A stretch of 32,000 nt of DNA from Bellilinea caldifistulae (GTDB taxonomy: Bacteria; Chloroflexota; Anaerolineae; Anaerolineales; Anaerolineaceae). Location of the stretch: NCBI RefSeq assembly GCF_001306055.1, contig NZ_LGHJ01000011.1, positions 30,001 to 62,000 of the forward strand. Reading direction: 5' to 3'. Shown here in pieces: positions 8,382 to 16,198 of this stretch. The stretch's first letter is position 1. The number at the start of each line of letters is the position of its first letter. The position numbers were made by a program, and so were the translations under genes. The notes beneath the pieces are model-generated. The model worked only from the letters and a program-made list of their open reading frames with translations, did no database searches and was not told the origin of the DNA.

Positions 8382-8421
8382 AAAAAAATCATGACCGCCT
8401 GCTCATCTCGCGCAGGCGGTC
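8382..8421 (-). terminator. Rho-independent terminator ending the long minus-strand operon
   Basis: Perfect 10-bp GC-rich stem: GACCGCCTGC (8393-8402) with GCAGGCGGTC (8412-8421), 9-nt loop. On the minus strand it is followed by a T7 run (A7 at 8382-8388 on +). It sits 32 nt after the stop of the last operon gene. Confidence 0.7.
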
Positions 8422-8452
8422 TGTTTGGCTCGCTTCGGCACGCATACGGCGG

Positions 8453-8677
8453 TTACTTGATCCATTGGTCGAGCCGTCTGTCCAGCGCATACTGCCCGCT
8501 GCCGATGTACACCGCCGTCCAGATGAGACGGACAATGAACACGACAGCGAACAGCACCGCCACCACCAGCAGGACGGTATCCACAGCGGCGGTGTCCAGA
8601 CCCAAGAGGGTCTCAAAGTCCACCCCCGCCAGATACAACCCCGCTCCGGCCAACAGGAACAAAATCAAGTGTTTCAT
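8453..8677 (-). CDS. Small membrane protein (74 aa), last gene of the operon
   Basis: The internal ATG at 8677 has a strong SD (AAGGAGAG) ~6 nt upstream. Product: MKHLILFLLAGAGLYLAGV...VLLVVAVLFAVVFIVRLIW (two hydrophobic helices). The longer 122-aa version in the ORF track has an Arg/Ala-rich, non-protein-like N-terminus. Confidence 0.6.
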   Translation of the reverse strand: MKHLILFLLAGAGLYLAGVDFETLLGLDTAAVDTVLLVVAVLFAVVFIVRLIWTAVYIGSGQYALDRRLDQWIK

Positions 8678-8916
8678 GGCTGCTCTCCTTTTCGAGTGGT
8701 TTTTTGGGCTGACTGCCCTCTGACCGCCCACCCTCACGGATGAGCAGACAGAGAAGGCAGCCAGCCGCCACCCGTCCCGGCACACTGCGGGTAAGCGTGC
8801 CAGCAGAGGGAGAGCAGCCACTCCCGCCGTATTCGCCTGTCAACGAGCCACCCGGAGACCAGGAACGGGCTGATCCCCGGACGGGGAAGGGGGACGCTTC
8901 CCCCACCCCCGTCCGC

Positions 8917-10185
8917 TTACCAGCGTTCCAGCCACAACGATTCTGCCGGGGTGATGTCCACCATCTTGCGTAACTCGTCCCCGATGAAACTGAGCGACTT
9001 CAAGTCGGTGGCCACCCCGCCCAGCCGCTCCGCCTTGCAGTCCCGCACCAGTTTCTCCCGTCCCTCTTCGTTCGCCGCACACAAGGCCACCCTGCCATCG
9101 TTCAACTCGGCCAGGTTCTTCCACTTCCTGCGGCTGCCATCGCCACGCTCGACCTCGACATACCAGCGCTCGCCGTCCCGCTCCACCTGCAAGTCGGGCC
9201 GCGCAGCCCCTTCCACCTGCGGCAATATCACGGCGTCCCAGCCGCGCAGCCGGGCGTGCAGCGCAAAGGCCAGCGCCATGACGCTGTGCGCTTCCTGCGC
9301 CGCCCCCTGGTGCAGCCGTAACAGCCGCTCCCATTCGCTTTCCACGACCTGCCAGCCCCACAGGGCGCACAGGGCCTTGCCGTCTTCGGACAGCCGATAA
9401 ACCGCCAGCCCGGTCTCGAACGGTTTGTACATGCGGATGTTGTCGCTCACCAGCAGGCCGCTTTTCACCAGATCGTCCACCGGACGGCGTACCGAGTTCG
9501 TCCGCTCGGACAACCCCTCGACCACGCTCACCACCCGGTCGATCTCCATCCGGCTGCTGATGCCCCCTCTCGCCACCGCATACAGCACCAGCACCTTGCG
9601 CCGGTAGCGGATGCCCGATTCTTTCGGTTTCAACTGCGCCTTGAAGCGTTCCGGTGCGGGCGGAACGACCATCCCGCTCATCTCCTCGACCAACTTGCGC
9701 CACAGTTCGGGCAGTTCGGCAGGGGTGAGGATGCGCCCGGCTGGCCGTTTGGCTTCGCCCTTCTGCTTCGGCTTTTCCTTCGCCTTCGCCTCATCCAGCC
9801 GTTGCTGCAACTCCTCGCGGGCGCGGCGTTCCTGCGCCGCTTCCATCTGCGCCCGTTCCAGCCGCTCCCGCAGGGTGGTCAATTCGCCTTCCAGTTGCAC
9901 GATGCGCCGTTCCAGCGTTTCATACCCGTTGCCCTTCGGCTTCGTCCAGCCGCTGCCCGTCCCCACGCTGACGCCGTTCCAGAACGCCGTCCAGTCCGCC
10001 GCCGTCCAGACCTGCGGTATGGCGGGGTTGTCCCGCCTGCGGGCTTCCAACGCTTCCCCTGCCAAACGCTGGGCCAGTTCCAGCACCAGCGCCCGGTATT
10101 CCCGTGCCACCCGCTCGGCGTTCTGGCGCAGTTCCCGCTCGGCGTTCAGGATGTCCTCCAACGCCCGCTCACGGTAGGCTTCCAC
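8917..10185 (-). CDS. Coiled-coil + winged-HTH + PD-(D/E)xK-like nuclease-fold protein (Replic_Relax-like); paralogue of 30432-31202
   Basis: GTG start at 10185 with GGAGGTGA 5 nt upstream. The N-terminal ~170 aa are heptad-like and charged (LEGELTTLRERLERAQMEAAQERRAREELQQRLDEAKAKEK). The C-terminal half aligns with the 30432-31202 product, including SEWERLL..H..EAH..FALHARLRGW..PDLQVERDGERWYVEVE (PD...E-x-E/K-like core) and the identical end LWLERW. Confidence 0.8.
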   Translation of the reverse strand: MEAYRERALEDILNAERELRQNAERVAREYRALVLELAQRLAGEALEARRRDNPAIPQVWTAADWTAFWNGVSVGTGSGWTKPKGNGYETLERRIVQLEGELTTLRERLERAQMEAAQERRAREELQQRLDEAKAKEKPKQKGEAKRPAGRILTPAELPELWRKLVEEMSGMVVPPAPERFKAQLKPKESGIRYRRKVLVLYAVARGGISSRMEIDRVVSVVEGLSERTNSVRRPVDDLVKSGLLVSDNIRMYKPFETGLAVYRLSEDGKALCALWGWQVVESEWERLLRLHQGAAQEAHSVMALAFALHARLRGWDAVILPQVEGAARPDLQVERDGERWYVEVERGDGSRRKWKNLAELNDGRVALCAANEEGREKLVRDCKAERLGGVATDLKSLSFIGDELRKMVDITPAESLWLERW

Positions 10186-10609
10186 CGCTCACCTCCGCTA
10201 CCCTGCGGCTGGCTTCCGCCACCGCTTCTACTGCCCGCTCCCGGCTGTCGCCCATCGCCCAATTCCGCAGGGCTTGCGCGGCAGCCGCGACCGCTTCCCG
10301 CTGTGGCTGCAAGACGGCCTGCCCGCCTTTTGCCATCTCGTTCAGGATGCGGTCTGCCGCTACCTGCACCCGCAAGGGGTCGAGCGGCTTGTCCAGCAAC
10401 GCCGCCATCTCCTCGCAGGTCTTTTGCAAATCCCGCAGTTCCTGGCGGTAGGCGCGCTCGGCCTTGTGAATCTGCCACTCTGCGTAGGTCAGGACTTTGC
10501 CGCCTTCCGGCGTGAACAGCCAGCCCAGCACGCCCAGCAGTATCAGGACATTCACGGCCACGATAGCGGCCACAACCGAAAACTCTCTCGCGTCAATCTC
10601 GATCTCCAA
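10169..10609 (-). CDS. Membrane-anchored hypothetical protein (N-terminal TM, helical ectodomain or cytoplasmic domain)
   Basis: TTG start at 10609 with GGAG ~6 nt upstream. TM segment VVAAIVAVNVLILLGVLGWLF. The 3' end overlaps the next gene's start by 17 nt. Confidence 0.6.
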   Translation of the reverse strand: MEIEIDAREFSVVAAIVAVNVLILLGVLGWLFTPEGGKVLTYAEWQIHKAERAYRQELRDLQKTCEEMAALLDKPLDPLRVQVAADRILNEMAKGGQAVLQPQREAVAAAAQALRNWAMGDSRERAVEAVAEASRRVAEVSGGSLP

Positions 10610-10676
10610 ACCTCGCTCCTTTCTGCCCGTGCCGTGGGGCAGGCGTTCGGCCTGTGCCTTGCGCCTGCCTGCTGCC

Positions 10677-10805
10677 CTACCAGGTCAGCCCGGCGACCAT
10701 CTGGTACACCAGCACCAAGACCCGTTTGGCCAGCAGATTTCCCACGAACAGGGCGGCTGCCACCTGGATGGCAGACAGCCACAAATTGACGGCTGCACTC
10801 CTCAT
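10677..10805 (-). CDS. Small hydrophobic protein (42 aa)
   Basis: ATG at 10805 is preceded by AAAGGAGG 7 nt upstream. Product: MRSAAVNLWLSAIQVAAALFVGNLLAKRVLVLVYQMVAGLTW. The 67-aa version in the ORF track lacks an SD. Confidence 0.45.
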   Translation of the reverse strand: MRSAAVNLWLSAIQVAAALFVGNLLAKRVLVLVYQMVAGLTW

Positions 10806-10885
10806 AGGGCGGAGACCTCCTTTCGCCGAATCTGGATCTCCGCACCCTCGTGAGCTTGGCAGACCCCAGGCATCCGTCAAACTCC

Positions 10886-11326
10886 CTAACGCCGGTTGAC
10901 CCGCATCTCCGACACCGCCACCACATGCACATTCAAAGTTGGCGATGAGGGGATGAGCAGTTTCAGCCCGGCGCTGGCCGTGCAGCGCGCCACCGTTGGC
11001 GATAACAGCGATATGCCGGTCAGGGCAGGTGAATAGCCGACAATGCCCTTGTTGGCCACCGTCCCGCTGAACGCCTGCGCCGCATAAGACGCACCCAGCC
11101 CCAGATTGATTTGCCGTGCGCCGGTTCGGACAAAGGTGGGCGTATCCAATGCCTGCGCCGCTGCCTCACAGGCGGCATCCGCCGCCGCCTGCAATTGGGC
11201 ATGCAGATACAACGCCCGCACGATGTCCACCGTCAGCACCGCCAGCGGGATGACCACGAAGGTCAGCACGATCACGAAATAGGCCATTGTCTGCCCGCGT
11301 TCGCCGTTGCGGAATGTCCGTTTCAT
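10886..11326 (-). CDS. TadE/TadG-like pseudopilin
   Basis: The N-terminus ..RNGERGQTMAYFVIVLTFVVIPLAVLTVDIVRAL.. fits the TadE/G-like N-terminal hydrophobic helix. ATG at 11326 has GGAAGG 9 nt upstream (alternative ATG at 11335). It directly follows a TadE-like gene. Confidence 0.7.
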   Translation of the reverse strand: MKRTFRNGERGQTMAYFVIVLTFVVIPLAVLTVDIVRALYLHAQLQAAADAACEAAAQALDTPTFVRTGARQINLGLGASYAAQAFSGTVANKGIVGYSPALTGISLLSPTVARCTASAGLKLLIPSSPTLNVHVVAVSEMRVNRR

Positions 11327-11328
11327 GC

Positions 11329-11733
11329 CTACCATCCTTCCTGCCGGAAGGTGGCCTGCGCCTGACCCTTGAACTCCACCGCTCCGCCACCGCCCAGCAG
11401 TCCCAGCATCGAGCCGATGTAATTGGGGGCCGTCCAGTTCACCGTGACCACCACCAGCGAACCGGGACGCCCGCCGCCCGAAGCGGCTACCGAGTAATCC
11501 CCAATCATCGTCCGCGACAGTGCACTGTGGGCAGCGGAAGCCGCAGCCGCCGCTGCCCCGCCCTGCGTGACCGAGCCGACCCGTGCGCCGTAATTGGCGG
11601 CATTGGCCGCCGCTACGGACGCATACCCGGCAATGGCGAAGTTGATCAGCGCAAAGGTCAAGACCAGCACCACCGGCAGCGATACGGCGGTCTCCGCCAT
11701 CGCATTCCCAGCCTCATGCCGTCTTTTGACCAT
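11329..11733 (-). CDS. tadE: TadE-like pseudopilin
   Basis: Product begins MVKRRHEAG/NAMAETAVSLPVVLVLTFALINFAIAGY. This has the G-x4-E processing motif followed by a hydrophobic helix, as in TadE-family proteins. GGAGG lies 6 nt upstream of ATG 11733. Confidence 0.8.
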   Translation of the reverse strand: MVKRRHEAGNAMAETAVSLPVVLVLTFALINFAIAGYASVAAANAANYGARVGSVTQGGAAAAAASAAHSALSRTMIGDYSVAASGGGRPGSLVVVTVNWTAPNYIGSMLGLLGGGGAVEFKGQAQATFRQEGW

Positions 11734-11746
11734 CGCCGTCCTCCGA

Positions 11747-11908
11747 CTAGATACCGCTGGCAACCTGCATGATTTTGCCCAGAATGTTGATGCCCAAGGC
11801 CTGGAAGCCTGCCAGGGCCACCAGCAGGATCAGCGCACCGACTACGGCGTACTCGCCCATGTCGTTCGCCTCACGGCTCAGCAAGAACAGTTTGATTTTC
11901 TCGAACAT
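11747..11908 (-). CDS. flp: Flp-family type IVb pilin (53 aa), absent from the ORF track
   Basis: Hand translation of the minus strand gives MFEKIKLFLLSREANDMGEYAVVGALILLVALAGFQALGINILGKIMQVASGI*. It has a short charged leader, G-EY and a ~20-aa hydrophobic stretch. GGGAGG lies 7 nt upstream. The gene sits between the prepilin peptidase and tadE genes, the canonical position. Confidence 0.8.
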   Translation of the reverse strand: MFEKIKLFLLSREANDMGEYAVVGALILLVALAGFQALGINILGKIMQVASGI

Positions 11909-11911
11909 GAC

Positions 11912-12319
11912 TTAACCTCCCGAAATGATTTGAACTGGAATGGATAGAAACGCACCTGCTGCAAACACGGGCACTGCCGGAAAGCGTGCATCTTTCCCGT
12001 GACGCAGCCACAATCCCGCTCCGACCAGCAGCCGAAGCACCAGCGCAATCAGAAAACCTGCGGGCATGAACACCGCCATCGTTGCTAAAACCTTCCCGTC
12101 CGCTCCGCCTGTACCTCCTTTCCAGAACGAAAAGAACATGACCACGAACACCAACCCGAACAACCAGAGGGTGATTCCACCCTGCCGTACCGCCCACAAT
12201 CCTGCCAGCACAAAGGGGGGAATGGTCAGGATGTTCGGCACGCTGCGGGTGCGAATGTCGTACACCGCACAGACCACCAGCCAAACCATCACCGCTCCGG
12301 TAACCAGCCATGCCGTCAT
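11912..12319 (-). CDS. tadV: A24-family prepilin peptidase (TadV/CpaA type, no methyltransferase domain)
   Basis: Polytopic membrane protein with the two aspartate motifs AVYDIRTRSVPN and GGADGK (canonical GxGDxK). Start ATG 12319 forms an ATGA overlap with the upstream stop. Confidence 0.85.
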   Translation of the reverse strand: MTAWLVTGAVMVWLVVCAVYDIRTRSVPNILTIPPFVLAGLWAVRQGGITLWLFGLVFVVMFFSFWKGGTGGADGKVLATMAVFMPAGFLIALVLRLLVGAGLWLRHGKDARFPAVPVFAAGAFLSIPVQIISGG

Positions 12320-12861
12320 TTCTTCTCCGCCAGAGGGACACGGTAGAAATACAGCCGCTTGGGTTCGCCCCAATTGACGCCCAGCGCCTTACCCACCTGA
12401 CCGGCTTCGATGTCGAACCACTCCCCGGCGTTCAGGATCGAGCGTTCCTCCACCTGCACCTTGCCGGGATTGCGCCCCAGAAGCGGGTCAACCAGGTTGG
12501 CCACCTTGCCGTTTTTGGCTTCCAGCGGCTTCAACAGCCGTTTCAGCCGGTCGGGTGAGAAGGGCGAGACCACCAGCCGGGTGGCATTGTCGGTCAAGAA
12601 CGAAACCGCCAGAGCCTCACCCTGCACCCGCTCCACCCCGGTCAGGGTCAGGTCAAGGTGCTGCCCCAGCCAGGCCAGCGGATTGTCCACCCTGACCGCC
12701 TGGCGCTGCTTCTCCCGCTTTTCGGCAACCTGCATCAGATACCAGTCGCTCAACACCTGCTCCATCTCCCGCAGGGCGGACGCCTGACGGGAGTTGTACA
12801 GGGTGAGGATGGCACCCAGCATCAGCACGGCTGCCAGTGTCGCTGCTGCCCATAAGTCCAT
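12316..12861 (-). CDS. Membrane-anchored hypothetical protein (181 aa)
   Basis: ATG at 12861 overlaps the TAA of the upstream adhesin gene by 1 nt. N-terminal TM LWAAATLAAVLMLGAILTLY. The upstream part of the 445-aa ORF-track entry overlaps the adhesin gene and is Arg/Gly/Pro-rich, so it is treated as a shadow ORF. Confidence 0.65.
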   Translation of the reverse strand: MDLWAAATLAAVLMLGAILTLYNSRQASALREMEQVLSDWYLMQVAEKREKQRQAVRVDNPLAWLGQHLDLTLTGVERVQGEALAVSFLTDNATRLVVSPFSPDRLKRLLKPLEAKNGKVANLVDPLLGRNPGKVQVEERSILNAGEWFDIEAGQVGKALGVNWGEPKRLYFYRVPLAEKK

Positions 12862-15800
12862 TACTTCACCTCCTGCAAGTCTTTGATTCGTTCCATGCGC
12901 TCCGCCAGTTTGCGAATCGCTTTGGGTCGTTCGTCTCTCATCGCCGAGTAGCCCAGTGCCGCCGCCAGCCCGATGAGGGTCAGGAACGGCCACAAGGCCC
13001 GCCGCACCACCTCTACCGCCGCCTGCACCTCGATTTTGGGCGGCTTGACCGCCACAGTCGGCTGCGGGGTCGGCAACACCACACTCACCGCCGGGGGTGT
13101 ACGGGTCGGTTCTTCCCGTTCTTCTTCGGTTGGCGTTTGGGTCGGCGTAGCCGTGGGGGTCGGCGTGGCCGTTGGCAGGACGGCAATCACCAGCGGCTTT
13201 GTGGCAGTCGCTTCTTCCCGTTCCTCCGCCGTTGGCGTGGGTGTGGGAGCGGGGATAATCACCGTCCCGCTCGCCGTAACCGTGCGGCCTGCGATGTCCG
13301 TGACCTGCACGGTCACGGGGTACTGTCCCGGCACGGCTTGCGTGCCGTCTGGGAACTTGCCGTCCCACTGCACCGGATTGGGGATGTCCTCGATACTGTC
13401 CCCGCACCATTCCACCTTGCGGCTTTCGTCTGCCGGGTCTTGAATCGTCAGGCAGACCTGACGGATGGGCAGATCGCCGGGGGTAATGCTGACCTGCCCG
13501 CTTTCGCTGATGACCCACAGGCGGGTTATCTCCGCCGCAGGCAGGGCGTTGCTGACCAGCACATCCACGCCGGTGGTGTAGGTGTTGCCCGCTTTGTCCG
13601 TCAGGCGCAGGTACAGGCGTTTGTATCCGCCGCCGGTCTGGGTGGTGTCCCACGCATACGCCCAGCGGTCAGCGGCAAAGGGTATTTCCTGCCACTGATA
13701 GCCCATTGAGAACGAGATTTCCAGCCGCAGTAGTCCCGATAGCGCATCGGACGCATCACCCGCCAGTTCTACCGTCCCGGAGAGCAGTTCGGGCAGGGCT
13801 TCGAAGCCGCCCTGCGGCGGGGTCAGGTCAATCCCGAACGAACGCCGGATTTCCGTCACCCATCCGGCCTTGTCCTCTACCTCACCGATGACGGTATGCC
13901 AGCCTTCTGCCTCGTAGGTCTCATTTGCAGAGAGAATACCAAGACCTTGCGATTGCCCTATGCGTGCCTCCGCCAGGCCCGAAACGGCGTCCTCGCCGGT
14001 GATACTCACCTCCACCGCACTGCGGTACCAGCCCTCGACACCCGCCTCACCGGATAGGGTCATCGCTCCCACCGGCGGGGTGGTGTCCACCCGCACGGTG
14101 GCCGCCTGCGTGCTTTGGTTGCCCGCCTCATCCACCGCCCGGATGAGGACACTATGAACACCGTCCGAGAGGGTGAGATTTGGCTGCCCATTTACTTCCA
14201 CCAGCACAATTCCGCTGGTGGCATCGCTGGCCACCCCGCTCACCTCGACATCACTACGGTACCAGCCGTTGTTACCGGCTGTACCGGTCACATCCAGCCC
14301 GTTGATCGTGGGGGGTGTGGCATCCCGCCGCACGGTTGCGGTTGCCGTCTGGCTGTTCCCGGCGTTGTCCGTCACCCGCACCGTGACGGTATGCGTTCCG
14401 TCTGCGGATACGGTCAGGCCGTTCGGCTGCCATGCGCCGCTGCCCAGCCGGGCTTCCCGGCTGGCCACCCCGCTGGTAGCATCCGTACCCTGCGCCGTAA
14501 CCGCCACATCCGAGACATACCAGCCGTTCTGTCCATCCACCGGCGGGAGGGAGAGGCTGGCGGTTGGGGGCGTGGTGTCCACCCGCACGGTACTGCTGAC
14601 TGTGCTTGACCAGTGACCGGCGTTATCCTGCGCCCGTCCCTCTACCGTGTGAACGCCGTCCGTGCCAATCACGGCACTGCTCTGCCACGCCCCGCCGTTC
14701 AGCCGCACCTGGCTGATGGCCACCCCGCTGGTGGCGTCCGTTCCACCGGCGGAGACGGTGGGGTTGCTGGTAAACCAGTCGTTCTGCCCGTTGGGTGTGG
14801 GGATATTCAGGCTGGCCACCGGCGGAACGGTATCACGGCGAATCGTGGCGGCTATCGTGTTGGAGTAATTACCCGCTACATCGGCGGTTCTGGCGTTGAT
14901 ACTGTGAACCCCATCGGTTGTAATCGTGACCGGCGAATTGACCCATGAGCCGGTGTTTACTCTGATGATTGCATGAGAAAAGCCCGAACCCGGCGCAGGG
15001 TCGCTGCCGCTGGCACTCACGGTTACATTGCCGATATACCAGATACCGTTGATGGTCGGGCCGCTTTCGTTCAAACTTACCGAAGGCGGCACGCTGTCAA
15101 TGCGAAGCGTAATGCTGTCGCTGGCCGTGTTGCCCGCCACATCACTAACAGTGGCGGTTACGCTAGTCGTCCCTTGTGTCGTGATATTACAGGGATTGCT
15201 GCCGCAGGAAAGCGTCAGTCCCGCCACCCCGCTGGTGTCATCGTAAGCAAGCACATTCAACACAACAGGGCTGCGATACCAGTCCTGCTCGCCGGGCGTC
15301 CCCGAAGGATTGAAATTAATCCACGGGGCAACGCTGTCTTTACGCACCGTCACGCTGGTAGTGCTGGTATTACCCGCCCAATCCTGCGCCACCAGGTCAA
15401 TCTGGGTTATCCCGTCTGCGCTGATCGTGCAGGGGATTGAAATACACTCTAAACTGCCCGGCCCGCTGGCAGCGGCGTTGTTCAAACTATACAGGCCGGA
15501 GACTACATCGCTGGCAGTGGCACTCACGGTCACATTGCTGCGGTACCAGCCGTTCTGCCCCGCCGTTCCGCTCAATGACGGCGTGATGGACGGCGCACCC
15601 GAATCGAACTTGTAAGCCAGGCTGTTCTTGGCGCTGGTATCCCCGTAACTGGACACCGCCCAGTACCAGAACGTCCCCTGTCCCTGCGGCGGCGTAAAGC
15701 TGCAAGACGCTCCGCTGCACGACACCGCCGCCTCGTTCCCACCGGTGTAATTGCCTTCCATGCGGGTAATCGAGTAGCCGCTGACCGGCTCACTCCCGCT

Positions 15801-16187
15801 CACAATCAGGGACGCCCCAGCCCGGCACCAGCCGCCATTGCCCCATGTCGAACAGGCGAAACTGCCGCTAGCCGTCGCCGGGTTGTGAGTAACCGTAGTC
15901 GTCTGCTCACTTTCGTAGCAGGTGTACAACGCACCGTTGTTGTAGGGCACATCGCCGCAGAAGCAATAGTAGTCGTTGTCGCTGCACCGTTGACCGGGAC
16001 CGCCCATCCCGCAGCGGCATTCCAGCGTCCAGGGCGAGTTGCGATAAATCGAACGCACCCAACCGGTAACAACCTCCACCTGACGGGGTCGAATCGGGCC
16101 GGTGTAGGCGGCAATCGCCACCGTGACCGTTACCAATGCAACCGCCAACGCCACCAGGGGGGAGAGTTTGCCAGACCACCCTCGCAT
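12861..16187 (-). CDS. Large surface protein: signal/TM, Cys-rich N-domain, 8 Ig-like ~85-90-aa repeats, FlgD-Ig-like domain, T/P/E-rich stalk, C-terminal TM anchor
   Basis: GGGGAGG SD upstream of ATG 16187. Eight repeats fit the pattern D-x-x-x-P ... (N/Q)(G/D)WY-x-S-x-V ... D-x-x-SG(V/L) ... D-x-AGN ... (V/I)R(V/R), for example DTTPPTASLSLPPVDGQNGWYVSDVAVTAQGTDATSGVA...DNAGNSQTATATVRR. Then VQWDGKFPDGTQAVPGQYPVTVQVTD (FlgD-Ig-like), TPTPT/EEREE stalk repeats and the TM segment ALWPFLTLIGLAAALGYSAM. Confidence 0.85.
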   Translation of the reverse strand: MRGWSGKLSPLVALAVALVTVTVAIAAYTGPIRPRQVEVVTGWVRSIYRNSPWTLECRCGMGGPGQRCSDNDYYCFCGDVPYNNGALYTCYESEQTTTVTHNPATASGSFACSTWGNGGWCRAGASLIVSGSEPVSGYSITRMEGNYTGGNEAAVSCSGASCSFTPPQGQGTFWYWAVSSYGDTSAKNSLAYKFDSGAPSITPSLSGTAGQNGWYRSNVTVSATASDVVSGLYSLNNAAASGPGSLECISIPCTISADGITQIDLVAQDWAGNTSTTSVTVRKDSVAPWINFNPSGTPGEQDWYRSPVVLNVLAYDDTSGVAGLTLSCGSNPCNITTQGTTSVTATVSDVAGNTASDSITLRIDSVPPSVSLNESGPTINGIWYIGNVTVSASGSDPAPGSGFSHAIIRVNTGSWVNSPVTITTDGVHSINARTADVAGNYSNTIAATIRRDTVPPVASLNIPTPNGQNDWFTSNPTVSAGGTDATSGVAISQVRLNGGAWQSSAVIGTDGVHTVEGRAQDNAGHWSSTVSSTVRVDTTPPTASLSLPPVDGQNGWYVSDVAVTAQGTDATSGVASREARLGSGAWQPNGLTVSADGTHTVTVRVTDNAGNSQTATATVRRDATPPTINGLDVTGTAGNNGWYRSDVEVSGVASDATSGIVLVEVNGQPNLTLSDGVHSVLIRAVDEAGNQSTQAATVRVDTTPPVGAMTLSGEAGVEGWYRSAVEVSITGEDAVSGLAEARIGQSQGLGILSANETYEAEGWHTVIGEVEDKAGWVTEIRRSFGIDLTPPQGGFEALPELLSGTVELAGDASDALSGLLRLEISFSMGYQWQEIPFAADRWAYAWDTTQTGGGYKRLYLRLTDKAGNTYTTGVDVLVSNALPAAEITRLWVISESGQVSITPGDLPIRQVCLTIQDPADESRKVEWCGDSIEDIPNPVQWDGKFPDGTQAVPGQYPVTVQVTDIAGRTVTASGTVIIPAPTPTPTAEEREEATATKPLVIAVLPTATPTPTATPTQTPTEEEREEPTRTPPAVSVVLPTPQPTVAVKPPKIEVQAAVEVVRRALWPFLTLIGLAAALGYSAMRDERPKAIRKLAERMERIKDLQEVK

Positions 16188-16198
16188 ACCCGCCTCCC

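Noticed and set aside
8831-8836. Perfect TTGACA -35 hexamer (minus strand) as an internal promoter for the last gene
   Set aside because: No acceptable -10 hexamer lies 16-18 nt downstream (TGGCTG or GGCTGC).
8840-10515. 287-aa minus-strand ORF (8840-9703) and 237-aa + strand ORF (9802-10515)
   Set aside because: These are alternative-frame or antisense overlaps of the wHTH-nuclease gene. They have Gly/Arg/Ala-rich low-information sequence, and the paralogue alignment supports the 8917-10185 frame instead.
12862-13653. N-terminal 264 aa of the 445-aa ORF 12316-13653
   Set aside because: This part overlaps the adhesin gene in another frame and is Arg/Gly/Pro-rich. A clean ATG at 12861, coupled to the adhesin stop, gives a sensible TM-anchored 181-aa protein.
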